Below are positions 48,925 to 64,000 of a stretch of DNA of 64,000 nt, in pieces (positions within the stretch are counted from its first letter, which is position 1; every line of letters starts with the position of its first letter). Location: NCBI GenBank assembly GCA_016748015.1, contig JAAOMT010000772.1:127541-191540 (forward strand), read 5' to 3'. The position numbers and the translations under genes were made by a program. This stretch comes from Geosiphon pyriformis uo1. Taxonomy: Eukaryota > Fungi > Glomeromycota. The notes beneath the pieces were generated by a model. That model had not been told where the DNA came from. It was given only the letters and a program-made list of their open reading frames with translations, and ran no database searches.

Positions 48925-50500
48925 GGAGGGAGGAATTCAAAATCCCATGTTTTACATGATTTTATATAGCATGTAATTTTGGATTTTTATTAGCCAATTA
49001 GAATATAAAAATGTCAAAATCTTACAACTTTAAATGGCACATGATTTATTAATCAATTAGTATATAGAAATACAATTTAATTTATATATCAAACTATAGT
49101 TTTTTTTTTCATTCTCTAATTATAAAACTTTCTAAGATTTCAGGTTATAAAAAATTTAGTTGTTTTTTTATTCATTTTTTGAAAATACTTTATGATTTTT
49201 TAAGGCTAACACTTGTCTAAAATTAACAGAAAAATTATTAATTGAATTAATAAATTATTTTTGTTTAGCTGGTCATTTTTATTATTTTAAATATTGATTT
49301 TTCTTGTATAATATAACCAATAAAAGTATTGGAAAATATGTATTACAAATAGAACAACAGAAATAAATATAATTGCTTGTAGTTAAAAAACAATAGACAT
49401 TATATCCAGATATTTTCACTTTATTATAATACTTTAATATATAAAATAAATTTATGTAATAACTATTTTTTTTTGTTATAAGTAGAAGAAACCCATTATT
49501 TTTTACAAGAAAATAACTGCTTTTTTATATTATTTAAGTAAATAATAAGAAATGTTTTCACATTTTTTAATATTAAAAAAATTTTAATATATTTTGGTAT
49601 AATTTTTTAATTATTGCTAAGACACAAATTCATTGATATTTTTTTTATCATATTTTAAAAATATAATATTAACAAAAGAAGAGTTTTTTATTAGTATATT
49701 GTATTATAAATGTTTTTTCAAAGATAAAATTTCATTTCTAAAGAGTAGACAAGATTTATTTATTATAACCTTTAAATTAATTACTTGGTTCTAAAAATTA
49801 AAATAAATACCATATTTATTAATTAATAATATTATTTTAATAAGTTTTTAAGAAAGTATTGTTATACTATACTCAACTAAATTATATGCTAATTAACCAG
49901 AAGCATATATTTTAATTAAAAAATAATCAAGATTAAATACATAAAACATTTTACAATATTCAAAAATGTTTTTTATATAACAGACATTTTTGTTTAAGTT
50001 TTTATTAACCAAAAAAATTCAGATAAATTTGATTTAATTATTAATTTTCAATATTTTATTAAAATAAATATTTTATATTAATAAATTTAAATTATTTATG
50101 TAAATAACAGAGTTAACTTTATATTATGAATAAATAAAAATTAATAATTGATTATTGGAAAAAATATTATTTGTATTATTTAAGTTTATTAGCAAATAAA
50201 CTAATAAAATTAACTTTTGCTATATGTTAATTGGAAAATTATAATCTAATAATATAATTGGCTCTTAAAAACTTTGTATAATTTAAAAAGTTTTTTCAAC
50301 TACAAAAATACTAAGAATAATTTTGGTTTTATTATTTTGTAAAATAATTACAGATTAAATAAAAAATAAAACTGCAAATTATTTAGTTTTTTTTTACTAA
50401 AGCAAAACAATAGTATTTATTAAAGTGTTTTTTATTTTATAAAACAGAAACAATTATAATATTGACTGGATGATAATAGATTTTTGCAAATATTGTAATT
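48925..50500 (+). mobile_element. Possible fossil MULE/FAR1-type DNA transposon
   Basis: A G-rich candidate terminus GGGAGGAATTCAAAA interrupts AT-rich sequence. Eroded remnants resemble the MULE core (..W.LKTL.., IITD.., VF..AK) near 50250-50410. The other end was not found. Confidence 0.3.
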
Positions 50501-51127
50501 AATTAATATAATAATAAATAATTATTTTAAATTTAAAACTTTACAAAAATAATTAATAATTCTAATTTTTATAATTTTTTTTTCTTTTTTTGTTTATATT
50601 TTCAAATTTAATACATTTATAAATATATTTATGTAATTTTAAATATTAGATCAAAAAAAATAAATGATCAAATAAGTTATATTTTATAACTTCTTAATGT
50701 TTTTTTAAGATTTTTGCTTTTTTTGTCTAACTTTTACTTTAATATTTTACATAATACTTTAATTTTTTTATTTTTTTAGTCTTATTATGTAAAATTTCTT
50801 TGAGATTTGTAATATAAATCAGAAAACTATACCAAATTCCAAGTTAATAGTAGAATTATAAATTTGTTGAAACTTAGCAAGTTTTTTATTACTTGTATTA
50901 ATAGTTTTTATGGCTTTTTTCTGTATTAAAGCATTAAAAAAATTTATATTATCTATAATAATCTCTTTGATTGCTTTTGAAATAGTTGGAATTAAAGTAG
51001 TTTAGATAATTTTAAAGTTTTAAGATAATAATATTAATCATAAAAAGTGCAAAAAATCTTGAATTAGAATTGAAATTATTAAATATTTTTTAATTTTTTT
51101 TTAATTTTTTGTAAAAATTTATGCTAA

Positions 51128-54100
51128 TATTATTAAAAAATTTTATATTTTTTTTTAATGTTGTTAGTATTGTTTTGTTGTTAATAGAAGTTAATAAATT
51201 TCTAATAAACTAATTTTTTTTTCAAAATATTTTTTTATATTTTGAACTATATATGTTGTTAAATTTATAATGAAATAATCAATTTTATGTCAATTATTTA
51301 TATAATTACTTTACAGTAAATGTCAATTTTTTTACAAAAAAAATTTATTTGTAAGTTTTTTAAAATATGTATAGTTATTTTGCTGTAAAAGTTAATTCTT
51401 TTACAAAAAATCTTAACTATAAACTATCTAATAATATAAAATAAATAAATAAATCAAAAAAAAAAATATAAAAAGTATTAAGAAATTTGTTTTTAAAATC
51501 AGATTTAGAACTTATTAATAATTATTGAAATTATTAACTAATTAATTTCAAAATATTAGTATAAAATAGTTAATTATAAAACAAAAATAATTAAAAATTT
51601 TGATGTTTTTTAAAATAAGTTTTATTGAAATTAATTTGTATAAAAGCTATTAAAAAGTTATTAATTTTAATTAAAATATACTTTTTCAAAAAAAAAGCTC
51701 TTTTTTTATATAACTTATTATAATACTATTTTATAATCTATTATTTTTTTTTAATATTTTAGTAAATCAAATATCTATTTTATTAAACTACAAGTTATTT
51801 TTGTAAACTATAAATTATTTTAGTAAATTGTTAAATATTTTAACAAACTTTAATTATTATATAGTTTAATATATTACATAATTTAATTATTGCAATTTGG
51901 TTTTATTTGTGTTTTGTATAAATTGAATTATTAATTAAATAATAATTTGAATAATTTAATAAAATAATAAGTGATAAATTAAAATGATAATATATGCTAA
52001 TTAATAATAAAAATTATAAAAATAATTTTATGCTAAATAAGATCTTAAATTTTAGTTGGTAATATAATCTTTTTATTAAGATTAAGCTTTATTAAAATCT
52101 AAATACTGTTAATTATTTTTAGATAATAATCCAAAATTTTTGTAAAAATTTGGTTTAAAAACTATTCTAAGTTTGTAATAGACATTTGTTAATTCAGTTG
52201 TTGTCTTAATTGTGAGATTTGCTGTTTTAAGCTTTAGTTTTCTCTTGTAAAGTGTTTTTTCAATATAAAAATCTTTATAAATTGAAGGATATTTATTGTT
52301 TTGTTTATTAAAACACTGTTGAAGTTTTTGTTAAATTGTAGTATTTGATAAAATGTTAATTTATATAAATATTAAATTTTTTTTTAAAGCTTGCTTTAAA
52401 AGTTCTGGTAAGTAAATTTCAGAATAACTTTTTGTGTTTCTTTTATAAAAATAATAATTTTATGTATTTGTATCTAAAATTATAATAGATTCTGTTTGTG
52501 TATAATTAATATTTTATCCAGTAATAGTTATAAATAATTCGAGTAGTATTTTTAAGAGTAATATTAATTTTTAAAATAATTATTGAATGTTTTAAAAAAT
52601 AGTTATAATAACTAAAAATATAAATAAATAAAATTATTTTTGATATGTAAAGTTTTTATTATTTTTTGTTTTGTTTTTCTAAGCAGTTTTTGTTTTGTTT
52701 TTGTGCAATTGTTTTTAAAATTTTAAGAAATAACTCTAGAAAAAATTAAAATTTAAATATTCAAATTTGGAAGTTTTTTAATAACAACCATTAATTTTAA
52801 ATTTCAGAGAATATTTTTAAGATTAACTAAGAAAAATTGTGTACTAATTTGTAAAATTAAAAATTAAAAATTAGGTCTGAAATAATAGTGTTTTAGTTTA
52901 TTACTATATGTAACTTTCTTTAAAACTTTATTATCAAGTTTTAATTTATATGATTTATTTTTTAGAATTTTGTATATATAAAATAGTCTGTCCTATTTAT
53001 GATTAAATTTTTTATTTCATTGTTTTTTAATCTTAGTTTTATATAAAAAATCTTTGTTTTTAATTTTAAATTTGTTAATAGCTAATAACAGTTTGTTATT
53101 ATATTATTTTTTTATTGAGTTTAAGAGTATTTTATATAAGTAGCTATAGTTTGTTGTTTTTTTTTTAATGTACTAAAAAGTATGTAAGCTTTTTTTTGTA
53201 ATATTTTCTAAAATTTGTTTTCTGTGATTGGCTAAGCTAAATAGATTTTTATTATAAAATTTATTAATTTTTTTAAGTTGTAATAGATAATAGTTAAATT
53301 AAATTAATATTAATTCAATTAAAAAATTGTCTAACTTTGATTGAATTTAAGAATTTTATAAAATATATTCTTTTTTTTTCTGACAACTATTATAAGATTT
53401 AATATATTAATAAATATATTTTTTTATTTGTGGCCAAAAATAGTGTTCTAGTTTTTTTTGGGTTGTATTATTTTTTTGAAGTATATTATTAAAAAATTTA
53501 AGTACATATTATATAAGATTGTTTTTTTTGTGCTCTTAGATTACTCTAAGTAAATTGTTTAAATTTTTGTAATTTTAATAATAAATGATATTATTGTATA
53601 TAAAATATTGTTTTACTTGTTGTTATAGTGAATGTTTTTTTACTTAAAAACCAATTTTTTGGTATTATAAGTGTCTTCAAGTATTGTTTAAATTTATTAT
53701 AGTTTTAGAAGTCTTTTGTTTATTGTTTTGTTACTGTTTTTTTGATTGAATTGAATAATAATTGTGGTTTCTAATTTTGTTTTATTTTGAAAAAACAATT
53801 GATATTTTTTTTAGTTTATAATATATAATATATTTGTAATTTACAAAAAATTCAGTCTATTAGATTTGTTTGGTATTTAGTTTTAAGTTTTTATTCTGGA
53901 GCCATTTGAATCTAATATTATCTATAATAATATCGAATTTTTTGGGCTTAAAATATAATTGAAATAATAAAGAACCCAAATTACTGCTGCTGTTTCTAGT
54001 TTAATAATAGAATAATTTTTCTTTACTGGTTTTAGTGTTTTGCTAGCATAAGCAATTATTTGTTTATTTTTATTGTTATTTATTTAAGATAAAATGGCAC

Positions 54101-57100
54101 TAAAAGCCATATAAAAAACATTCATAACTAGTTAAAATCTTTTGCTAAAGTTTAAGTAAACTAAAATTGATATTATTATTAGCTTTTTTTAAAAATATTG
54201 AAAACTTTATTATTGTTTAGCTGTTTATTTGTATTCAATATTCTTGTTGATTAAATAGTTAAAAAATTTGGCAATTTTAGAAAATTTTTGATGAATTTTT
54301 AGTAATATAATATTAATTTAATAAATTTTCTTAATTCAATGATATTTTAAAGAATTTTAAAGTTTTTAACAACACTAATTTTTCTTGAATTAGATTTGAC
54401 TTCTTTTTTACTAACAATATAACCAAAAAAAGCCAAGCTGGTTTTTTTGAAATAACATTTTTTAATGTTTAATTTTAATTTTGCTTTTTATAATCATTAA
54501 AAAACTTCTTATAAATAAATTAAATAAGCTTTAAATAAAAATAAGCAAACATTAGTATTATTCAAATTAATAACTACTGACTACTATAAAAGTCTAGCAT
54601 AGACAATATTTATAAGTTTTTAAAATATTGTTAATATGTTACATAATTCAAATAGTATTATATTAAACTTATAATTTCTTTTTTAAATAGTAAAAGCTGT
54701 TTTTGGGTCTTTAAAATTTATAACAACTTGTTAGTATTCACTTTTTAGATTTAATTTTAAAAAGTATTTTGATTTTCTAAAAACATTTAATATATTATTA
54801 ATTTAAAATAAAAAATAAACATCTCTAATTATAACACTATTCAATTGGCAATAATCAATACAAAAATATATTTTTCCGTTTTTTTTTTATAAAAATTATT
54901 AATAAAGTCTAAGAATTTATTAACAGTTAAATAAGTTTATTGTTAAACATGTATTGAACTTTTTCTTGGATAAATTGGTGGCTTTTAAATAAAACTTGGT
55001 AGACTTGTTATTATTTGAATTTTACATCTTTAGTATAAATTTGGTGTTAAATTAAATCAGTTTTTTCCAAATTATTGTTATTTTTGGCAAATATGTCTGC
55101 ATGTTTTGTAATTAATTTTTTGAGTTGCTTTTGTTGTTGTAATTCTAATTGTTTCATGTTGATTTGAGATAATTTTTCAATAACAACATAATAATTTTTA
55201 GTAGTAGAAATCAAATTGAATTTTGAAAAAAAATGTTTAATTATCTTTGTAAAATTTGAAACTATTTATAACAGTTTTTGCTAAAAGATATTACTTTAAA
55301 TAATTTTGATTTCTAAATAGTTGTTTAATATAATAGGATAATTGTTGGAATTGTGAAAAGTAACATTGAATTTTTTGATTCTTTTTGGCAAATAAATATT
55401 TGGAATAGAAATTTCATATTTTTTGCAAATTTATTTATTTAACTTAAAGATTTATTAAGTACTAATAAGTATTAAGCAAATATATACTTTATAAATTTTT
55501 TTAAAAGATAAGAGAATAATTATTCTTGGTAATCTAAAAATCTGATAAGATTTATTTTATATATTAAAAATTATATTTACTAGAACTATAAATCATTTAG
55601 TTAATCCAAAATCTTGTATTTTTATTTTATTTTTATCAAGTTTTTTTTGAATTTTAACTGATTACAAACCTAAAATATTGATTAAGAATAAATAAATAAC
55701 TTGGACAATTTTTTCAACATGTTTAATTGTAAAAAGTTTTTTAGTTTTATTTTGAAGCATTATTGTAATATTTTTAGTATATTTTACATTAATAATTTTT
55801 TTTCTAATAATAATTTTTTTGTTTGCTAGTAATAATTAAGAAGCAATTTGTATTATTGTTTTTGGTAAAATTTTAAAAGCAATTTTAAGGTCGATTTTTG
55901 TAAGTAACTTTGGTTTTAAAATAAGAGTATCTTTTTCTAAATATTAAAGATCATATTTTGTATTAATTTTGTTGGTTTTTTTTGGCTTTATTTTCTGTTT
56001 ATTGTTGTTAAAATATTTAAGTATTAAAGTAAATTGGTTTTTAGTTAAATAAATTAGAATTTTTAGAATTTTTGACTGGATTTCTTGTGCTTCAAATTTG
56101 ATTTTATTTTGGTTATCTTTAATAAATAATAATATACTAAAACATAATATTTGGAACATTATATGTTATTGTAAGACATAATGTATTTTTTACAAAATTA
56201 GATATTTATTTGTTTTAAATATTAAATTTAAGTTATTTTTGAAGAGTATGCATAATTAGAAGTTAGATAATAAAGTTTTATTTTATTTTTATAATCAAAT
56301 TCAGTTAATTCTATAATATATTTAATATATTTTGCCTTTTTTATTTGGCAAACATCTTCTTAAATCTCTTTATTAATTAGAACTATTGCAAATTCATAGA
56401 TTTTTTTTATATTATATAAATAATAATACAGTTTGTTTAAATACTATTATAAATTACAGTAAAAAATGTTCTATAATTAACTTTTTTGAAATAAAGAAAA
56501 CATATTGGCAAATTTAATTACAGATTTTTTCTCTTATTGCAATGTTAATTTAGTTGTATTTTTTGATAGCAATTCTCTATATATAAAACAAAATATGTTG
56601 TTTTATTTTCTACTTTATTTTAGACTTTTAAATTATTTTTAATAATAGGCTTTACAATAATAACAGATATAAGTTTTATATTTTTTTTCTAATAATATAT
56701 AAGTTTTTATAGATAAAAGCTTTTTATTACAATCTTTATATTTAAGTAGAATGTAAAAAAATGGTTTTTTTGATTTTAATCTTGAATATGAAATAAATTT
56801 ATTATTAATTAGTTTATTTGTAAAAATAAATTATTGGCTAATTTTTTTAGATTATAATAATATTAATTATAATATAGATATTTTGAATAATTGTTTAGTT
56901 TTTTTAGTTCAATTAGACCAAAAATTAAGAATCATATAAGTTTCAATAATTGGTTTTTTTGTTCATTTTAAATTCAAAAACTAGAGTTTTTTCTAATTGT
57001 TTCTTAAAAATACTACAAATAATAAGTATTTAAGTGTATTGTTTTTAGTAAAAGATTTTTAATTCTTATATTTCTAATCTAAAATAACATTGGCTTTGAA

Positions 57101-60100
57101 AAACCAATTGTTTTTAATGAAAGCTTAGTATTAGAATATATTTATAATAAAAATTTTAATTAAAATAATAATTTCATTAACTATAAAAAAAAATTGTTGA
57201 TTTTTTTTACAGATATCTTTTTTATATTATTAACAATTATAATTACTGTTTAGATAGATCTGTTAATATTTTTTTAACTGTTGTATTAATTAATAAATAA
57301 TAATGCTTTTAATAAATCTATTATCTAAAGTTAATTAAATTAATTTTCTTTTGACTTTGGCTTTTGTGTATATTATTATAATTGTTTTTGTTCTAAGGCT
57401 ATTATATTACTAAGTAAAAAAAATAATTTTTTAACTTCAAATTTAAATAAAAATATGTTTAAAATATTGATATTTTTGGCAATTTTTGCTAGTGAAATTA
57501 TAGTATTATTGAAAAAAAAGTTTTATTATTGTGCTGTAATTTTACTTTTTAAGAATACAATATAATAAAAATTCTGGTCTTTGAATATTATAAGATAATT
57601 AAGTTGAATATAAAAGTATTTAGATAGCTATTAATTATTGTTGTAAAATACCAATTAATTATTGGAATCAAATCTGTTATTGTTTTATTAAAAATGATTT
57701 TATAATGTAAATTGGTTAAATTGAACCAATTTTTTTGTTAATAATTAGTAATTTTAAACTAAAAATAATTAATAATACTATTGTTGTGATAGAATAGACT
57801 AATAATAACTAGATTAAAGCCTTAACAAATAATAGACAGATAATAGTAAGTAATATAATTGCTATTATAATAAAAAATAATATTAATTATTCTGTCTTTG
57901 TTAAATTTTTTGTATTTTTTGCAATTATATTTTCAATATTTGAAAATTTTACAATAATAGTAATTTAATTATTAAAATTAATGATTAGATAATAAAAAGT
58001 TTTCTTGGTTTTGTTATTAAAATAGTTGGTATTTTTGTTGTTGGTTAACAAAATATGTTTTAACTTTCTTAATAAGCTATTTAATTTTTTTTAGTTGCTA
58101 ATATAGATTTTCTAATTATTAAGTTGACAAATTTTGTGCAATTTGTTTTTTTTATAGTTATTTTATAGTTTTTAGCATATTAAATAGCAGTAATTAAATC
58201 TGTTAAAACAAGTAAATAAATTTTTTTAATTAATTAATTTTTTAAATTAGCAATAAATTAATTCAAAACTTGAGCATCAAAATAGTAAGCATTGGTTTTC
58301 AATTTTCAAATTTTTCTAAAAAATTTGTAAAACTTTTTAATATAAATTATAATAAACTTAAATAATTTTTGTTTGATGTTTTGAAAGTGGTTTTAAAAAG
58401 TAATTGAAGTGTTGTTGTTTATAAACTGTTTAAAAAAAGCAGTTTTAAAAACTATCTAATCTGTAAAAAGAATGACCAAGTTTTTGAACTATTTGTTTAC
58501 AATTTTTTTGAGAAAATAAAGAAATATTTTTAATATTCTTATTGCATTTTATCTATTTATATCTTCTGTTTTAATAACTTAATTAAGCTATTCTTAAGAA
58601 TTTGTTTTAATGTTTTCTTTAAAGAATTCAGGAATTTTAACAATATATAAGATAGTTATTTTTTTGTTTTTTTTATTATCTGTAATTTTTTTTTCATTTT
58701 TTGCTTTTTTGTTTTTTTTTTGTTTTTTTTTAATAAACTCAAAACTGTTTTCTTTATTGGTTAATATTTCTGAGTGTTTATTTTGGTTTTTTGCTAAATA
58801 ATTAAGAAGATTAATACTAATATAAATTAGTTTTAACTATTATATTAAACTTTTAATAAAGTTTTTTTATTTTGAAAATTAATTGAATAGTAAATTTGAT
58901 GTTTGTACTTAAGCAAAAAAAGCTAAAAAAAATGTGATTGAAAATAGTAATTTAATATTTGTTTTTTGTTCAAATATTTACAATTGTTTAAATATTGTCT
59001 TTGATATATTAAAAATTGTATAAACTGATTAGATGTTTTTTGTTTGTTTTTACTGCTTGTTTTTGGTTCTAATTCAAATTCAAAAACAAATTATAAATTG
59101 GCAGAGTATTTTTTTTACAAAACTTGATAATATTGTAGTCAAATTCTTCAAAATAAATAATATAAGCATTAGTATTAATATTTTTTGAATTTCTGTTTGA
59201 ATAATAAATTAAGTTTTCAAGAAAATTTATTTTGACTTTTGTAATATTATTATTAATTCAGTTTTTAATGTATTAAAAAAGTGTTTTTTTAAAAACTGTA
59301 ATTCTATTTTGAATTTTAAATTATTGTTTATAGTAGATGTAAATTGACTAATAATATTTTAAAGTTGTTATATTAGATGTAGTTATTATTTTAATTTAAT
59401 TATTGTTGTGTTATTTTTAAAAGAGCATCAAATATTATTGAAGGTTTTTTTTTTTAATGTTGTTAATATTATTTTGTTGTTAATAGAAGTTAGTAAATTT
59501 CTAATAAGCTAATTTTTTTTAAAGTATTTTTTTATACTTTAGATTATGTATACTGTTGGATTTATAATAAAATAAACAATTTTGTATCAATTATTTATAT
59601 AGTTATTTTGTAATAAAAGTTAATTTTTTTAAAAAAAATCTTATTTGTAAGCTTTTTAAAATATGTATAGTTATTTTACTATAAAAGTTAACTCTTTTAC
59701 TGAAAATTTTGAGTACAAACTATTCAATAATATATATAAAAAAAATAAAAAAAATAAATAAAAAAAATAAAAAAAAATATAATAAAAAAATTATTTTCAG
59801 ATTTAAGTCTAGAAGTTATTAACAGTATTATTCATAGAAATTAGGAATTATAATAGTAGATAAAATAGCCAATCAAAAATAGGCATAATAAAAAAAAAAT
59901 TCCAGAATTCCAGTTAAAAAAATTAAAAAATTTTAAAAAATTTTATATAACATGAATTATATATATATAGTAAAAGTATTAGAAGTAGAAAAAGTATTCA
60001 AAACTCAAACAAAATAATAGCTAGTAATAATTACTTATTCTTACTTCTTTCTTTAAAAGATAGTTTTCTATAATTTGAAGTAGAATCACATTAATATCAA

Positions 60101-60997
60101 TAAAAATATCTAATTATCATCCAATATATATTATTGTTACTTGATTAAAAATATTAATCACTTTTTTATTATCAACAACTCATGTTAATAAACTCTAATA
60201 TTTAACTATATTAAAACAATAATTCTTAATTATGGCTATTGATAAGATACTAATTTTTTATTTTTATTTTTACTTATTTTTTATTTATTTTTTTTTGTTT
60301 TGTTTCTTTGTTGTTTACTAATTAATTAAAAAAATTAAGCATTAAATATTTAACATTAAAGATAACATAGTAAAAAACCCAGAAACAAGGGTAAAAATTT
60401 AAGAATAGCTTACCAGAAAAACATAACTGTCAGAATAAACCAGCCACTATGCTAAAGAAAAAAATTTACAGAAAAAACTATCAATTGATTCTCTGTTTAT
60501 TATACAAAAAACTTAACTAAAACCTTCAAACTTTAAAACTTTTAGAAATTACCAATATTTTCAACTATTGAGCACCAAGTTATGGATTTGTTATTTGTTT
60601 TAATATCTCAAATAATTATCTGTAATAACAGTTACTAAAATTAATAACTAATTAATTTTAAAATATTAGTATAAAATAATTAATTATAAAATAGAAATAA
60701 TTAAAAATTTTAATGTTTTTTAAAATAAGTTTTATTGAAATTAATTTGTATAGAAACTATTAATAAAGATATTAGTTTTAATTAAGATACATTTTTTCAA
60801 AAAAAATACTTTTTTTATATAACTTGTTATAATATTATTTTATAATTTATATAAATTGAATTATTAATTAAATAATAATTCGAATAATTTAATAAGATAA
60901 TAAGTAATAAATTAAAATAATAATATATGATAATTAATAATAAAAATTATAAAAATAATTTTATGCTAAATAAGATCTCGAATTTTAACTGATAATA
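51128..60997 (-). mobile_element. Full-length, heavily eroded family-A Ty3/Gypsy element (LTRs 51128-52064 and 59433-60997)
   Basis: LTRs are homologous to 11879-12860, with flanks CTAA/TTAA (eroded 4-bp TSD) and a PBS remnant. Gag remnant ETNAYYFDAQVL (~58270), dUTPase remnant (ITIMLQN..KIVQVI..IQDFGL, ~55600-55950), RT remnant SVVINLNNTN for SVVVYLDDTN (~54560), and the IN C-terminus at ~52870-53080. Confidence 0.88.
59826..60627 (+). mobile_element. Solo LTR of B-related family inserted in the 5' LTR of the eroded element
   Basis: Termini TATTATTCATAGAAA...CTGTAATA (eroded TG...CA) with a perfect 4-bp TSD ACAG (59822-59825 / 60628-60631). The host LTR rejoins as at 12281-12320. Confidence 0.9.
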
Positions 60998-62399
60998 TTA
61001 AATTTCTTTTTAAGTATTAGTATACTTAATATATAAATTGAATTTTTAATATACTAAATTTTTTGTTTTTATTATATAATTATATCCAAATGTATTACAA
61101 AATCTTTGGTGTTGATTTGTAAGAGTTTTATAAATATAAAACTTGTTATATTGTAGTATAATTAGAAAAACTTGTATATTAAGAGAGTTTAATAATAAAT
61201 AAATTAAAAATATAATAAATTAGAAAATAAAAAATATAAATAAAAATATCTTAGATTAAAAAATAAAAATATGCTAAATTAGAAAATAAAAGACATATTA
61301 GATTAGATACAAATTTATAATTATTTTTATATAAATAGAATAATATAATAAGTTAAAATACTTATATTATATTATAATTATGTATTATAAATAATATATT
61401 ATTATAATATAAAATAATAATATTATAAAATATTTAGTATATTTTACCAAAAAAGAGAAGAATAATTTTATAGTAATTAATAATAATATAATATATATTT
61501 GTTCTTTTATGTTCAAAATTAAATTAAATTAGATTATTATAGTTTAAAAATAAAATAATATTTATAAATATATGTTTTAATTAAAACAAAAAATATGCTA
61601 TAAAGTAAAAAAATAGTTTTTATATAAATATTAAAATAAAATACAATATATTTAATAAATACATTTTTTTTAAGTATATATTCTATTTATATATATATTA
61701 TAATTCAGTTTTAAATTTAAATTTAAATTTAAATATATATTTTTATATTTTATATATACAAATATTTATAAATTTTAAGTATATTAAAATATTTTTTATA
61801 AATACATAGATATTATTACAAATTGAAATAACAAACTAATAGATAGCAAAGAAAAACAAGATTGTAAAATAATAAAATTAATCAAAAAGAGAATTACAAT
61901 AAAAAAGCAAATTAAATAAATAAGAATTTAATATATTTAATCAGTTTTATAAAAATCACAATTGTTAATTTTTTCTAAAAATCTAAAAGTAAAAGAATAG
62001 TCTGTAATTATTAATAAAATAAAATTGTTATTATTATTTTATGTTTCAATTCAGCAATTTTTAAAATTAATAACAGGTATTATTGTGCTTTTTAATTATT
62101 TTTTTATTCAATAAATTATAAGAGTAAGCAATTGCTTTTTAGACTAATTCTTAACAAATACAAATAAAAAAAAGAAAAGATAAGATATAAGAGTATTAAT
62201 AAGTAATCTTTTATTCCAAAATACTCAGATACTTAAAAATAAGAAAAAAAAATAAACAATATAAAAGAAAGTAATTAATAGTGAGTTTTATTTTATTATT
62301 TTAATTATGTTTTTTTATTGTTAAAAGATTTATTACTTATATAGCTATTAAAAGTGATTAATAACCAGATTAATAATCATTATCTAAAAATAAAATGGT

Positions 62400-64000
62400 T
62401 AATTATGTAACATTAATGGCTAATATATATAATAACTAATAAAAAACTATGGTTTTTAACTATAATATTATTTTTTTTAAAGAGATTGAACTCTAGTAAA
62501 ATCAAGCTATTTATAAGATAATTTAATTAAAAGATTTTATTTAATTTGAAACTAACTAATTTGGTAAAGTTTTTCGTAAATAAAGTATATAATACCTAAA
62601 ATAAAATAAGCTTTGTATCTAAGAGATCAAATTTTTATATAAAAGTTTTGGCTTTTTTAGCAATAATTAAAACTTTTAGAATATCTAATTATATAATGTT
62701 CAGAATTTTTATTTGTATTTCTAAAGTTGTTTTCTTTATAAATTTTATGTCTTTTATGATTTTACTAAGTTAATTATAGAACTTTAATTGTTTTTCATAT
62801 GACAGATTTTTGTTTATGAACAAAATTTCTTTAATTTTTCTTTTAAGTAGATTAAAAAATAATAATATGCTTGCTATTATGCTTTTAAGCATATATTTAT
62901 TTATTTTGCTACCAATTTTTTTTTAATAGTAGTTTATTTTGGTCTAATAATAGTATATATTCTATTGTTATTAGTTATAGTTGTTTGTTTTTTGATAATT
63001 AAAGTAGTATTTAGATAATTTTTAATTTAATACTTATAGAAAATATAGAAAACATTTTAAATGTTTTGATTCAGAAAATAATTGTTTATGTTAATTGAAA
63101 ATATTTTTGTTTTGAAAATAGTATATTTATTTATATCTGATTTTTGCTAATTATTTGGGTCAATATTACCACAAAAAATAACCAATTAAATTATTTGTAA
63201 TATTTTTTGAGTTATGTATTATAAACAAGATAATCATTAAAGATTATTCTATATTGATCTTGTAAAATATAGGAACCATTATTTAAAATTTTGTTGACTA
63301 AAAAAGATTTTTTTCACCAATTAGAAAATTTATTACCATAGATATTGTCTTTGTCTAAATAGTATTTTAAAATTAAGTCACCAATACTTAAAAAAAGTAT
63401 TTTATATATTTTTTTTTCTTAAGCTTTTTTTGAAACTGTTTTATCTTTTTAAAGGCAATTATTTATGTCTTTACCAAAGAGTTAAAAATAATATTAAGTC
63501 TTTTTTGTAAAATGTTTTTGTAATTCTTTATTGTCATTTTTTTAAAGAATATTATTTTAATATTAGTTTTTATTAGTAATATTATTATTTGTTTATAAAA
63601 TAGATAAAAAAGTTTATAATTTGTTATATTATAATTTACAGTCTTATAAATAAACAAAGCTAAAGGCAGTATTTTGTTTCATAAGTTTGTTTCTTTACTA
63701 GTTTTGGCTAAAATTTTATATAATATTCTGTTAAAATATTCTATTAGACTCTTTGTTTAAGAGTAATAAAAGGAAAAAAGTTTATAATATATTTTCATTT
63801 TTCTATAAAGTTCTTTAACTAATGTACTAAGAAAAGTTTTTCTTCTGTTAAATAAAAATTCTTTGAAGCAGTCATAGTAACAAATAATATTTTCATAAAT
63901 AAAGTTAGCAATAAAAACTGTTGTTTAATTTGAGATGGCTTTTGCTTTTATTTACTTTGTAAGATAGTTAGTAACTGTAATAATATATCTGTTGTCTTTA
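62400..64000 (-). mobile_element. Possible fossil MULE transposase
   Basis: Minus-strand remnants FNDYLVYNT (cf. FGD...DTT), LVIFCG and FSESKHLKCFLYF (cf. FP...H..C..H) at ~63040-63250. Boundaries are uncertain. Confidence 0.4.

Noticed and set aside
43271-63657. F/L/I/K-rich ORFs (43271, 43741, 55944, 58610, 63463) as membrane peptides
   Set aside because: Compositional artefacts of AT-eroded transposon DNA.
51128-64000. Centromere or organellar insertion explaining extreme AT content
   Set aside because: The region resolves into eroded Gypsy and MULE-like sequence; no organellar genes or satellite array are visible, and centromere status cannot be judged from sequence.

Overview
AT-rich eukaryotic genomic window from a fungus. 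The short GT-AG introns, the SEL1 + tyrosine-kinase-like kinase and the repeat families point to Glomeromycotina (arbuscular-mycorrhizal group); Geosiphon-like is my recollection and is unverified. Five small CpG-retaining gene islands lie in a matrix of decaying transposons: telomere protein Rap1, eIF2-gamma (one GC-AG intron), a DEUBAD/ASXH protein with a candidate RAMA-like C-terminal domain, a disrupted SEL1-kinase, and an 86-aa orphan across an assembly gap. The transposons are: a three-layer nest of Ty3/Gypsy elements (1-13.5 kb) including a complete dUTPase-bearing element whose integrase is a separate ORF; a full-length APE-RT-RNaseH LINE; four ORF1-only 'half-LINEs' that share the LINE's 3' tail; a heavily eroded second Gypsy carrying a nested solo LTR; and probable MULE fossils. 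The strongest overall signal is repeat-restricted, strand-symmetric C:G->T:A hypermutation in all dinucleotide contexts. The two LTRs of one element differ at 29 of their first 360 bp, and all 29 are transitions. This RIP-like process appears to turn transposons into the AT deserts while sparing genes. All alignments and counts were done by eye.
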